Of a stretch of DNA of 64,000 nucleotides, positions 21,831-34,447 are shown in pieces. The translations under genes were made by a program, and so were the position numbers. Origin of the DNA: Octopus vulgaris. Its lineage: Eukaryota. Every line of letters starts with the position of its first letter. Position 1 is the stretch's first letter. The notes under the pieces were generated by a model. It was not told the DNA's origin. It made no database searches and worked only from the letters and a program-made list of their open reading frames with translations. The stretch lies in the NCBI GenBank assembly GCA_951406725.2, contig OX597815.1, positions 102,238,001-102,302,000 of the forward strand, in the 5' to 3' direction.

Positions 21831-23482
21831 GCGATGACATCGGGATGGAGTTTGGACTTGAGAAGTGTGCCAAGGCCACTTTCCAGAAAGGGAAAGTGAA
21901 GACCACAAATTCAGTCGTGTTAGATGTTGACACAGTCATAAGAGAGCTTGAGCAAGAACAGACATACAAATATTTAGGGATAAATGAAGGCTCTGGTATT
22001 CAGCATGCAAGCATGAAAGAGAAAATCAGGAAGGAATGTTATAGGAGAGTTCGTGCAGTCCTGAAATCTGAACTAAATGCACGTAACAAGGTGTTAGCTA
22101 TAAATTCCTTAGCAGTTCCAGTTGTTACTTATAGCTACAATGTGTTGAACTGGAATATGAGTGAAGTAAAGAATATAGATAGAAAAATACGAAGCTGCTG
22201 AGTTGTAATAGGATGCACCACCCAAAGGCAGACGTAGATCGCCTTTACCTTCCCAGAGCCCAAGGAGGTCGAGGCCTGATCCAATTTGAACTAGCTTACA
22301 AAACAACCACAATTGGACTGGCCAAATATCTCGAAATATCGAATGACTGGATGCTAAAGCTCGTGGAAAATCACGAGAGACGAAAGAAGCTTCATTCTAT
22401 CATCAAGGAAAGCAAAAAATTTGCTATTGATCTCGTGCAGGATACCCAAACTGAACAACCCGAGGGAAGTACGGCAACTATTTTTGCAAAGAAGGTGAAA
22501 ATGATGGCAATGAAAAAAGCGCACGAGCAATTGGCTGATAGGTGGGAGGAGAAACCTCTGCACGGCAAATATGTGACCCGCAGCAAACAAGCTGATGTTG
22601 ACCAGAAGCAAACCCATCAGTGGCTGCGGAGCTCAGGGCTAAAAGCAGAGAGCGAAGGTTTCATCCTGGCTGCTCAAGACCAAAGCCTATTAACCCGGAA
22701 CTACCAGGCCAATGTGATGAAAAATGGAGCAGACCCAAAATGCCGATTCTGCAACGACATGATTGAAACAGTGGACCACCTAATCTCTGGATGTAAAGTC
22801 TTAGCACCAGTGGAGTATAAATTAAGACATGACAGAGTTGGCCAATATCTCCACTGGCTAATAAGTCGGCATTACAATATCAAAACTGCCGACAAGTGGT
22901 ATAATCACCACCCTGAGGCTGTAACTGAAGGAGAAAATGTAACCATTCTGTGGGACTTTCCAGTACATACAGACCGAACCATCAAGGCCAATAAACCAGA
23001 TATTGTTGTGAAAGACCAAAACAATAAAGTTTGCTTATTGATCGACATGAGCATCCCCTGTGATCATAATATCTCAGCGAAAGAGTTTGACAAGCTCAGA
23101 AAATATAAAGACCTACTCATTGAAATTGAGAAAATGTGGCATCTCAAGGCGGTTACAATACCAGTGATCGTAGGAGCACTAGGAATGATCAAGAAGGGAA
23201 CCGAAAATTATATGAGAATGATCCCTGGCTTACCATCCCTGCAAGAAGTGCAAAAGATTGTCTTAACTGGTACATCACACGTATTGAGAAGAGCATTGTC
23301 GATGTGAGAACTGTTGCTGCTCATGTATTTTAATTTAAAAAAAAAAAAAAAAAAAAAAATGAACGAACTACTGAGTTTGGTTTAATGGCTTACCAATATA
23401 CACTATGAGTTTCTTTGCCCTAGGAGTCGGGAAGACACTCGGCAAGAAATGGAAGAAAATTTGAAAGAAGAAAAAAAAAAAG
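21831..23482 (+). mobile_element. R4/Dong-clade RLE non-LTR retrotransposon A, 5'-truncated, in (TAA)n
   Basis: IGMEFGLEKCAK, YKYLG, GGRGL, CCHC finger CRFC..VDHLISGC, RHD, KPDIVV, IDMSIP and KYKDL. Frameshift near 22200 and TAA repeats on both sides. Confidence 0.92.
22213..23307 (+). CDS. Dong A C-terminal zinc finger and restriction-like endonuclease
   Basis: 364-aa ORF with CCHC finger and PD..D..E..K motif. Confidence 0.88.
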   Translation: MHHPKADVDRLYLPRAQGGRGLIQFELAYKTTTIGLAKYLEISNDWMLKLVENHERRKKLHSIIKESKKFAIDLVQDTQTEQPEGSTATIFAKKVKMMAMKKAHEQLADRWEEKPLHGKYVTRSKQADVDQKQTHQWLRSSGLKAESEGFILAAQDQSLLTRNYQANVMKNGADPKCRFCNDMIETVDHLISGCKVLAPVEYKLRHDRVGQYLHWLISRHYNIKTADKWYNHHPEAVTEGENVTILWDFPVHTDRTIKANKPDIVVKDQNNKVCLLIDMSIPCDHNISAKEFDKLRKYKDLLIEIEKMWHLKAVTIPVIVGALGMIKKGTENYMRMIPGLPSLQEVQKIVLTGTSHVLRRALSM

Positions 23483-23524
23483 TAATAATAATAATAATAA
23501 CAATAATAATAATTATTATTAAAT

Positions 23525-25484
23525 AAAAAGGCGTTTGATAGCATCCCCCACACATGGATCCTCGAAACACTAGCCATTAACAAAGTAGCACCAACAATCA
23601 TAAAATTCATAGAGCACTCTATGAATAAATGGCAAACAGTCCTACACCTCCAAACAAAAGAGGGACTCATGAAAACCAAAGACATCCCCATTAGAAGAGG
23701 AATATTCCAGGGAGACACGCTCTCTCCACTCCTTTTCTGCTTGGCACTGTCACCTCTATCTGATATGCTAAATAGAACTGGATGCGGATATAAATGTTAC
23801 GGCAAAACGATCAGCCACCTTTTATATATGGATGACCTAAAACTATACGCTGCAAATGACAAACAGCTGGAAACACTATTAAAGACAGTTCATGGATTTA
23901 CCAAAGAAATAGATATGAAATTTGGATTAGAAAAATGCGCCAAAGTAACCATGAAAAGAGGAAAACTAGTTAAGAGTAACAACATCACACTAGATAAAAC
24001 CAATGAAATAAAAGAATTAGACCAAAGCCAAACTTACAAATACTTAGGAATCCATGAACTAGATAAGACACAACACACACAAATGAAAGAGAAAATAAAA
24101 AAAGAATATTATAGACGAGTTAGATCAATACTAAAAACAGAGCTCAATGCTAAAAACAAGATAATAGGTATCAACACTTTAGCTGTCCCAGTTATAAGTT
24201 ACAACTACAATATCCTTAACTGGACACGAAATGAACTGTCCAAAATAGATAGGAAAACAAGAAAGATACTGACAGGATCTAGGATGCATCACCCAAAATC
24301 TGACATAGAAAGACTATATATACAACGTATAGAAGGTGGTAGAGGCCTTATACAGCTGGAAAACTACTATAAAATAACCACCATAGGACTGCAAAAATAC
24401 CTACTTCAGAAGGAAGGAAAACTGATCCAGATAGCAGCAAAACACGAGCAAAACAAAAAACTGTTCTCAGTATTTAAGGAAGCTGACAAATACAAACAAG
24501 AAATCATACCACCTAATAAACACAAAGGAGAAGAAGATGATGATGAAGAAACAACAAAAGCTATAAAACAAATGAAATCCAAACTAAAAATAGAACAGCA
24601 ACGAGCCATGATAAAACGATGGCAAGAAAAGCCCCTTCATGGTAAATACTGCACTAAACTAAACGCAAAAGAAATAGACAAAGAAAAATCCCAGCAATGG
24701 TTGAGAAGCTCAGGACTCAAAGCAGAAACAGAGGGATTTTTAATTGCAGCACAAGACCAAAGCCTCCCCACCAGAAATTACCAAAAACATGTAATGAAAA
24801 GAAATATTACAAGTAACTGCAGAATATGTGGAGATGGACAAGAAACAATAAATCATATTATCTCTAGCTGCCCAGTCCTGGCTAAGAAGGAATATATTCA
24901 CAGACATGACAGAGTTGGAACCTACATACATTGGAAGCTATGCCAACATTATGGAATAACAACAGAAAAAAGATGGTATAGGCACACACCAGAAAAGGTC
25001 ACAGAAAACGAGAAAGCAACCATACTCTGGGATATGCCGATACACACAGATAGAGAAATTAAGGCCAACAGACCAGATATAGTTGTCAGAGATCATGAAG
25101 AAAAAAATGCTTTCTAATTGATGTATCAATACCGGCAGATGACAACGTGTCTCTAAAAGAAATGGAGAAACTCTCAAAATACAAAGACCTGGAAATAGAG
25201 ATAACTAGAATGTGGAACCTGAAAACAGAAACAATTCCTATCATAGTAGGTGCATTAGGCATGATAAAAAAATATTCAGACAAATACATAACAAAAACAC
25301 CAGGACTTACAAACACATATAACATACAGAAAATTGCACTACTAGGCACTGCACACATCCTACGCAGAACACTTTCCATACAATAACCATCAGAGCATCA
25401 CAACAAATCACAGCACATACCCAAGGCACACAGAGCTGCGCTCGGTAGTGAAGTGAAAGCACGCTATAAAAATAAAACTACTGA
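23525..25484 (+). mobile_element. R4/Dong-clade retrotransposon B, 5'-truncated within RT, with (TAA)n tail
   Basis: KKAFDSIPHTW, GIFQGDTLSPLLF, YMDDLKLY, CRIC..HIISSC, RHD and RPDIVV. Continues in another frame after an A-run near 25100 to the stop at 25386. Confidence 0.93.
23621..25117 (+). CDS. Dong B RT, zinc finger and RLE (partial)
   Basis: 498-aa ORF with the catalytic YMDD motif. Confidence 0.9.
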   Translation: MNKWQTVLHLQTKEGLMKTKDIPIRRGIFQGDTLSPLLFCLALSPLSDMLNRTGCGYKCYGKTISHLLYMDDLKLYAANDKQLETLLKTVHGFTKEIDMKFGLEKCAKVTMKRGKLVKSNNITLDKTNEIKELDQSQTYKYLGIHELDKTQHTQMKEKIKKEYYRRVRSILKTELNAKNKIIGINTLAVPVISYNYNILNWTRNELSKIDRKTRKILTGSRMHHPKSDIERLYIQRIEGGRGLIQLENYYKITTIGLQKYLLQKEGKLIQIAAKHEQNKKLFSVFKEADKYKQEIIPPNKHKGEEDDDEETTKAIKQMKSKLKIEQQRAMIKRWQEKPLHGKYCTKLNAKEIDKEKSQQWLRSSGLKAETEGFLIAAQDQSLPTRNYQKHVMKRNITSNCRICGDGQETINHIISSCPVLAKKEYIHRHDRVGTYIHWKLCQHYGITTEKRWYRHTPEKVTENEKATILWDMPIHTDREIKANRPDIVVRDHEEKNAF

Positions 25485-25557
25485 ATAATAATAATTATTA
25501 TTATCATCATCACTTCACTTGTTGGAGCTCACGATTTTACTTGCTCTGGCTAATTTT

Positions 25558-25623
<66 letters not shown>

Positions 25624-25734
25624 CAGGCTTACCATCCCTACAGGAAGTGTAAAAAATCGTATTAACTGGAACGGATCATGTACTGAGAAGAGCATTATCG
25701 CTGTGAAAACAACATCCATTCATGAATTCATTTA

Positions 25735-25872
25735 TTTATTAATTTTTAAATACATATTTTACCTGTGAATTTGCGTGTGTAATCTGGGAATGCATACTAT
25801 GAGTTTCTCTGCCCTCGGTGTACGGAAAACACTCGGCGAGAAACAGAAGAAAATTTGAAGAAAGAAGGAAAA
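25735..25872 (+). mobile_element. Isolated 3' UTR related to Dong A
   Basis: ACTATGAGTTTCT.TGCCCT...ACACTCGGC.AGAAA..GAAGAAAATTTGAA matches 23402-23465 and is followed by (TAA)n. Confidence 0.75.
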
Positions 25873-25889
25873 TAATAATAATAATGATA

Positions 25890-26135
25890 AAATTCGTGTC
25901 TGGTGCGTTGGTAACAGAAAGCAAAGATATAGACAAATGGTTGAAGGAGATTAAAATAGAATGCTCGGTAGAGCTCCTACAGAAAGTTTGTTTCTTAGGG
26001 ACAGAAGGGATTATCAGGAGGGTCCTAAACACTTGAAAGACTGCTGAAAACTTGTGGATTCCTAAGATTACAGGTAGTAACCCGCTACCCACAAAACTTC
26101 TACCAGGAATAAGGCTGAACCTGAGCCAAACCAAA
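25890..26135 (+). mobile_element. Dong-type 3' end, third family, with (TGA)n tail
   Basis: VSGAL...LLQKVCFLGTEGIIRRVLNT* C-terminus followed by a short UTR. Confidence 0.7.
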
Positions 26136-26599
26136 ATGATGATGATGATGATGATGATGATGATTGGTAATGTCGAAAATGACCAAATAAAAGAAAATTT
26201 GCACAATCATATTTGAGAAATAACTTAAATACTTCTCTGCAGATAAAACCATTACAGTTGAACATGCTAATGAGCCTACCAAAAATTCATCGAAAATAAA
26301 TAACACGTGATCTGACAGGACAAGTAATTTGACAGGGGAAATCACCTGACGGGACAAGTGAATTGATAGGACAAGTGGTCTGACAGAATTTGAAGAGTAG
26401 GTAGTTGCTGAATTGATCAATATCCAAAATATGGTCATGAATGAACATAGTGACCTTCCTGAGAGCCGCAACAGTAAAACGAATTACAAAATAAATCCAT
26501 AATGAATGAAAATGAACTAGACATCTCTTCCTTGAATTAATTACTCTATGCTGCTGCTACAATCTGCACTAAAATGTTTGGCGTAAAATTGAAAAATAA

Positions 26600-28500
26600 A
26601 ATAATCTTAACAAAAGACCAACGGGGTAAGAAAAAGAATCAAGTATTCTACAAAGATAACAGCATGTTTAAAAATCAAAAAATAGGCACATTGGGAAAAG
26701 CACCATCAAAAATACTATTCTGTTTTAAGAAACTCTGCCACCCATATTTTTTCTTCTAACTATGATAGATCAAAAATTCCTTTCACTTTGTATTAAAGGA
26801 AAGTTTGCCTTCACGCAGTTAAAATATGATAAAAAAATACTTGAATTCTGAAATGAAGCTTGGAAAAATGAAAAGGAACATACTGTGATTCCCTATGGAT
26901 TAACAGAGAAATACAACAGTGAGTTTAGAGAAGAGTAAATATGAGAAGAAATCAGTATAGAGGATGCTAAACTTACATTGAAAAAGTTCAGTAAATGGAA
27001 GTCACGTGGAAAGGATAAGATCTTAAACTATTAGCTTGACCTGTTTACGAATTCATACAAAATGCCAACTTTTTAAAAATTAATTACGAAGGAACCACAA
27101 ACAATACCGGAATGGCTGGTCAATTATTTTCTGATCCACGAAAATGATGAAATATATATCCTTAAGAACTATAGAATCACAACATGCCTTTCATCAATAC
27201 ACAAGATTCTTACATTTATCCTAATGGCATGCCCGTATACTTTCCTTCTTAATAGTATATTCTCCAATGAACAAAAAGGCTGTAAACATGGGTCATATGG
27301 ATGCAGGAATCAACTGCTGATTAACAAAATGATTCTTGACAATCGTTTCAATAAGAAAAATATTTCTCAGTGGTCTAGACAGATATTAAAAAGGCTTTTG
27401 ATAGTCTTCTTCTTCACAACTGAATGGAGGAATATCTGATGACATGCAAATTTTCACCAGTAATCTGAAATTTTGCATCTCGTCAAAGAACTGGAAAACG
27501 ACATTAATTCTCAACACAGACATTACAAAAATAAACTCAGGAGAAGTCAATATTAACTGCAGAATCTTTTAAGGAAACTCAACCGCGTCGGAATTTGAAC
27601 TCAGAACGTAAAGACGGATGAAATGCGTTAAGCATTTTACCTGGTGTGCTAACGATTCTGCCAGTACACCGCCTTCAATAACAACAACAACAATAATAGA
27701 CATGAGATAGAATTTAGCATAGATAAGTGTGCAATATTATTCATGAAAAGGGGTCAGGTAGTCAACAGTGAAAGCATCCAATTACGAGATGGCCAGACAT
27801 TAAAATCATTAAAAGAAGGAGAGAGTTATAAGTATCTAGGAGTATTAGAATCTGACAGAGTTCTAACTACAGAAATGAAAACGAAAATTGAGAAGGAGTA
27901 TATCAGACGGGTAATAACACTAATAAAATCAAAGCTAAATGGTCCGAATCTTGTAAATCTTTACTTAGATACTCAGCAGCTTTTGTAAATTGGACAAAAA
28001 TTGAATTAGCAAAGCTAGACAGAAGAACTAAGAAGGATTTCAATATGAATGGAGGACTTCACTCAAGCAAGATTATGCTTATCTAGAAAAGAAGGTAGAA
28101 GAGGGCTGATATCTGTAGAATACTGCGTGGAGTTAGCTAGAGTAGGTAATAGTGAAGAAAGTTTAGTAAGAGCTGTTAGAGTCACAGCAAAACATATATG
28201 GAAATAAAAAACAAAACAAACGAAGATAAAAACCAGAAAAAAGAACAAAAGTTATCTAACTGGCAAGAGAAGGCTTTGTATGGTAGGTTCCCAAAGATAG
28301 TTGCAGGAATAGTAGTAGTGAGACATGGTTATGGTTGCAAAAAGGAAAAGGAGATAGAAAGTTTATTAGTAGCAGCACATGATCAAGCATTAAGGACTAA
28401 TTAGATAAAAGCCAAAATAAATAAAAACCAAGTAGATTCTCAATGTAGGCTATGCAAATCGAAAGTGGAAAGTGTTATTCATATAGTAAGCGAATGTAAT
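26600..28500 (+). pseudogene. Old decayed Dong-type element(s), interrupted by a SINE and a 120-bp insert
   Basis: EQKGCKHGSYGCRNQLLINKMI, DIKKAFDS, IDKCAI, YKYLGVLE, EGRRGLI, WQEKALYG, ESLLVAAHDQALRTN and CRLC..HIVSEC. Confidence 0.8.
27580..27677 (-). mobile_element. SINE head, 30748 family
   Basis: GGAATTTGAACTCAGAACGTAAAGACG...TGCTAACGATTCTGCCAG. Confidence 0.7.
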
Positions 28501-28548
28501 ATATTTTACCCCAGTGTCACTTTGATAACATGCACTGTTCTCTCACTC

Positions 28549-28596
<48 letters not shown>

Positions 28597-28830
28597 CCTT
28601 TCTACTATAGGCACAAGGCCTGAAATTTTGGGGGAGGAGGATAGCCGATTATATTAAACCCAGTACTCAACTGGTACTTATTTTATCGACTTCGTAAGGA
28701 TGAAAAGGGGTCGATAAAATAACTACCAGTCAAGTTTCATTTGTCTTTGTGTTTTGAACTCTGAATACAAAGAAACGGACCAAATTCTATACAATGCCTG
28801 GTCTCTCACGATCTAACGATTCAGTCACTC
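28597..28830 (-). mobile_element. tRNA-SINE, 30748 family, rearranged
   Basis: GGCACAAGGCCTGAAATTT...GGTACTTATTTTATCGAC, following (TAA)n. Confidence 0.65.
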
Positions 28831-30747
28831 CACGCCCTACTGCTGCTACTACTACTGAAATTGATGATGATCATATTTGTATGTATGTATGTATGTATGT
28901 ATGTATGTATGTATGTATGTATGTATGTATATATGTATGTATGTATGTACGTATGTATGTGCATATGTGTGTGCGTGTCTCTGCGTGAGCGTATTTTGAA
29001 GACACAATTCTGCTCATGTTTAATCTTTTTTTATTAAAAATGTTTCATATTTTCTTACAAGTCGTTTATGTTTATTTTGGAGTAATAACATTCGTTTCAG
29101 GCCGTGTGCTACACATATAGGTTTTGTGTTTCCAAAGAATGCTCTATATATTAAATCTACTTGAGTATTTTGCTCTTGCATTGTTCTTTAAGTTGCTCTA
29201 GCAACATATTCGAGTATCCGTTATTAACTGTTTGTTTAACTCTTAAGGTTTGTTTATTTAAAGCTCCTTTGGTGGATGAAAATTTAAAAACTTAGAAGAG
29301 ATTTGACAATACACATTTTATCTTTATGGAGACGCTATATCTCCGTGCATATACGGGCGTTTGTTGAAGTTTTTCTTGTTATATTTACATGCTATATGAG
29401 TTGTTGAATATGTTGTATTTAATTTTTAGTTGTGTGCCGTTATCTTTCGTAACTTTGACAAATTTTCTGTTTGTCGATTTTTGTAATGTATACATTATTG
29501 TTCACAATCACAAACAATTTTCTCATATCGCTTTTACATATAACTTTATCTTTATTTTTCACTCGCAGCTCATCTAGTTTAACATACTTAATATGAACGT
29601 TTTTTTCTCTTTATATCTGTTTATTGCTTTCCCACCTGAACCATTCTGGTTGCTTGTCGTCAATTTTTATTATATATTTTTATCATTACGTGTCTCAAGA
29701 GACTGATAAAGTAATTCACTTCATTTTTCTTTGTGTTTTGATCTTTCTGTAAGGTAGAAGTTTGTACCGAAATTGAGGAGTGTAATTTGATCAGGGTTAA
29801 AATTGTGCTGTGAAATTTGTCTTTTTGAGGAGATAAGAATGTCTTACACTTATAAAGTCTACTAGGCTGTCATATATTATTATTCTTCATTCGACATAAG
29901 AGCGAAATCTGAACATTGTCCAAAACTGAATTAAATATGTTGCCTACTGGCTTTTCAATATTGCTTTTTTGCCGGGGAAAATTCATTAATAATTTCCTTA
30001 TATCCTTCGTTGCTAGGTCTGTCTATTTGATGCTCGAACAGCCTTCTCCAGAATTCTGACGTACACCTTTCGTTTTCGCAGCTTCGTAGCGAAGTTTTAT
30101 GTTTGTATATATATGGAGAATACTTTTTTAATTTTTATCAAATATGTTATATAGAAAACACGACTGCGTCCGGGTTTAATCTCTTTTATTTAAGAGGCGT
30201 TATATTTTATCATTAATCTTTTATGTCTAATTTGGAACAATAACGTTTCTAGGTCTATAAATATTCCATGACCTTGTCAACCTCACCCTCAGAATGGAAG
30301 GATAATATTGGCTTTTTCTTGCTGCGCTTTGTAGATGACAGCAAAGGGCTATGAGAATAATGCTGTAACTGTTAAAAGTATTATCACTTGATTAAAATTG
30401 TTATAGGGTTTACTCTTAGTTACATAATTTATTTCACATGTGCTGAATCTGTGCAGTGATCTTTGATGCGTATTTTAGAATTAATAAAGCTTCCGTAGTT
30501 GTTACTGGAATTTTATGTAGGAAGAAAGTGTTATTAGTATATGTTTTTCCTTTCACATTTGTTTTGTGCATAATATTGTAATATGTTGCAATACTCTGTT
30601 TCAAAGCATGACAAATCGATGGGAATGTATCGTACTTGTAAAAATTAAGGATTTGTATATGGAGAGCATAACTTTTATGTTTACATCGAAATTTGTATAT
30701 TACATTAGTTGTACTAAAAGTCATCAATATTATATGAGAAAATAAAG

Positions 30748-31130
30748 CGGTGAGCTGGTAGGATCATTAGCACGCGGGGCCAAATGCTTAGCAACATTTC
30801 GTCTGAGTTCAAATTCCGACGGGGTCGACTTTGTCTTTTATCCTTTCAGGGTCGATAAAATAAGTTCTAGTTGAACACTGGGGCCAAGATAATTGACTTA
30901 ACCCTTTCCCAGAATTTACTGGTCCTGTGCCAAAATTTGAAAACGATATACGATAAAATAAGGCAGCGAACTGGCAGAATCAACACACTGGGTGAAATGC
31001 TTAGCAGCTTTCCGTTTGTCTTTACATTCTGAGTTCAAATTCCGCCGAGGTCAGCTTTGCCTTTCATTTTTTCGGGGCTGATAAAATAAGTACGAGATGA
31101 GAATTGACGTCGGTATAATTGAAACCAATA
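30748..31130 (+). mobile_element. Two tandem tRNA-SINEs (about 30748-30945 and 30961-31130)
   Basis: GAGCTGG.AG.ATC head, B-box-like GAGTTCAAATTCC, and central CTTT.ATCCTTTC.GGGTCGATAAAATAAGT resembling conserved metazoan SINE core domains. Confidence 0.75.
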
Positions 31131-31637
31131 TTAAATGAGAAAATTTACGAAAATTTGGTAAGAACACACAAAGAATCTCTGCAAATTCCCCATACTAACT
31201 TACAGAAATAGCTAAACAACCAGATGGCGTCATAAATATACTTCAACGAAAGAAGATATGTTCATTGGCTGGACTTCTAAAAATTTTACCGGCGACCGAC
31301 AAAGTAAGCAACATTTCCATAATGCATGTATGAAGCCTTTCTTTTTTCTAATGCTTCTGAAGTGGAAACTATAGTATTAGACAATGTGTATGCGTAATCT
31401 ACAATTAAAAGCTTCCAAGAGATATATTTAAATGGCTTCTGGTGGCTTGTACATCACATACCAGAGGAACGAGGTGTCCATACGTTGCCGCTTTGGACTA
31501 ACGTTCTTCATGGGTAGTACTGAAAACAGCTATTCCTAAATATAATGTGGTTATATCAAAGAATAACTTTTTATAACATTAGCCATGAAGACTGTATCCG
31601 AAGAGGAAAGCTTATGTGCCTTATGGCACTATGCATA

Positions 31638-31746
<109 letters not shown>

Positions 31747-33378
31747 CATGCATACGTTTTCATTTAATGGACTGCGGGCATGCGAGGAGACGGTGTTTAA
31801 GGGTTTTAGTTTATCACATTGACCCCACTTCCTATTTCAGTCTAGAGCTTAGTTTTATTGAACCCCTTTTATCGCATGGTCCAATTTTCACTCGAAGTGT
31901 TTATGCTTTAAGATCTAACATTGTTTAGTGAAAAATGGAGAAAACCCCCGAGGAGATCAACTCTATTGACATAATCTTATGGTTTAAAAACTTTCAGCGA
32001 GATAAGTGTTGTTTTTCTTTCTTCAGTGCAAAAGTCAGCGGACCTTCGTTGATTTTTGTCACTCGATCTGTTATTCTACAATCTTTGATACTGGTATTCT
32101 ATTTTTACAAATAGTAATCGTGTTTTTGTTAGCATTTAACTCCAAATTGGCCTTTATCAATTAGACTTATGACTAAAGACATTTCATCCATAATGTTCCA
32201 TACTTTATTCAGACATAGTACCCCTCTACTTACATTATCTAATGTTTCTTTATTTTCTGATTTTATTTCTAGGGTAATTTTGTCTTGTTTGAGGGATTTG
32301 ACGACTATTTCTAGTAGAATGAGTGACTACGTAGATGTTTCCTCTTTGGCTCGTTGTGTTTATGGTTGAGCTGGTTGACTTTGCTTATTACCATTAATAT
32401 AGCGGGTGGTGGGAAATGCTTTGAAGATCTGTGTCTTGTCATTTAGTCATAAATCATCCCGTTTGAGCATATCTATGATAGAAGAGTTTCATCGTGACCA
32501 TCAAATCTTTCTGTATATCACGGACTACCACACTTCAGTGCAACTTCCTTTTCAAAAAAAATCTATAGATTGTGATTTGAAGGCGATTTGTCAACCATTT
32601 CTAAATAGCTGAGCAGCCGCCTAGAAGTTTTTGATGGTTGTAGTAGCCGTAGCAGTTAGTGGCTTGCTGCTGTTGTCGCTGGTGTGTCTTCTGGAGTTTT
32701 GTAGCGATGTGCTGCATTCGTTTTGATCAGTACGTTTTAAAATTCACCGTAGATGAAACGGTTTAAAGTTTTCTTTGATTAATTTATTTCGCCGTTCTGC
32801 AACAAACGACCGAGATATGTTTTGCATCAGTTTTTATTGCAAATGTTATCAATTTCACCATCTTTATGAAAATGGAAACAAATATTTAATAGAGAAGTGA
32901 TTTCACTTTCTTCCAGGTATGTCTGGTATAGGCTTGAAATATATTGCTCACCAAATGTGCAAAATAAAGAACAATCATACTGAACGTGTGTAATTAGTCT
33001 GTTAACGATAACACTTGATGTGTATAATTATCCTGTTACGCTGGATGTATGTAATTAGTTCGTTTTATAGTTTTATTGCCATTGTCGTGGGTGCTTGTTA
33101 CTTAGGACAATGAATAGTATGAGTAGCGAAGGACATTGAAAATACATTAATAATGAATAAAGTATTATATAATTAATGATACAGGCACAGATAATTTGAA
33201 TTACTGTTGGTGTAAATGAAAAATATGTATGTTTATATATAGATCAAGCAAGCAAGCAGAAGGAGGTGTGAAAAAAAATGGATGAATAAATAACACGAGG
33301 AAATAACTGTCATCAGGGAGTTTTACCACTGGTTGAGAACAATGAGGTCGGATTATATATCTATTTATATGTATGTAT

Positions 33379-33450
<72 letters not shown>

Positions 33451-33559
33451 ACACACACACACACACTCTCTCTCTTTCTCTCTCTCGCTCTCATATACAT
33501 TTAAAAAATTTTATATATGCAGGTACGCGTGAATGTTTTCGTGTTATGCAATTAGTCTG

Positions 33560-34447
33560 GGATCTTTTCAATTCTGAAGCCAGTTTTTTCAAATTTTTCC
33601 TACTGAACCAAACAATTTGAAACTTCGTATACTGGTAGAATGTGTCAAAAGTAAACTTAATTGTAAACCAGAATGAAAACGGAATTGTAACTTCTAAGTT
33701 TAACGTTGTTTAATAATTAGAATTTTAACCAATGATATTCCGTCATTCGGCTTTATTTTATTTACTCCGTCTCGACCACCAATTTGGTGACGTATTAAAC
33801 ATCTTAAATGTAAACAAGCCGCATGTCTCCGTGAAATCTCCTTCTAATTATTTAACGTACTCATGTTTCCAGGATCCTATAGTCAGCCACCTTCTAATAA
33901 CAATATTTAAAACTAGTTAATAAGCCACATGTATTAAATTGAAAATGTTTCCATTCTGTTAGTACTTGCTTTCGTTTGCTATTAAGAAGTGGCATCTCAG
34001 TGACGAGGCTTCTAACAAGATTTCGTTTCTAAGCTAATGCGTTTCATTTCACTTATTGTATTTATTTGTGCAAAAGGCAAGAAATTTAATATTAAAAAAG
34101 CAAAGAGCTGGCAGAAACGTTAGCACGCCGGGCGAAATGCGTAGCCGTATTTCGTCTGCCGTTACGTTCTGTGTTTGTTTACAGTTTTCCGAACGTTAGT
34201 ACTTCACAAAAGCGCTTTCTACGTCACACTAATAGAATGCAGTCAAGTTTTACACATGAAAACAAACAATCTGATTGGTTAAAATTCGCAGTTTTAATCT
34301 ACGATTAAAGTCATAAAATAGATTTTTCTCAAATAAACTAGTTCCAACCTGTGTCTTGTTTTGCTAGACTCTATCAGCATACGAAGTTTCAGAATATTTA
34401 GTTAAGTAGAAAGATCTGTGGTCCTGGCTTCAGAATTGAAAAGATCC
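33560..34447. mobile_element. Non-autonomous TIR DNA transposon (MITE) with 8-bp TSD
   Basis: Perfect 24-bp TIR GGATCTTTTCAATTCTGAAGCCAG, further subterminal inverted matches, and TSD TTAGTCTG at 33552-33559 and 34448-34455. A SINE head is inserted at about 34103-34172. Confidence 0.85.

Noticed and set aside
29000-30730. Possible decayed Penelope on the minus strand (NVIYKFRC)
   Set aside because: Single short motif with no ordered RT motifs recovered by eye
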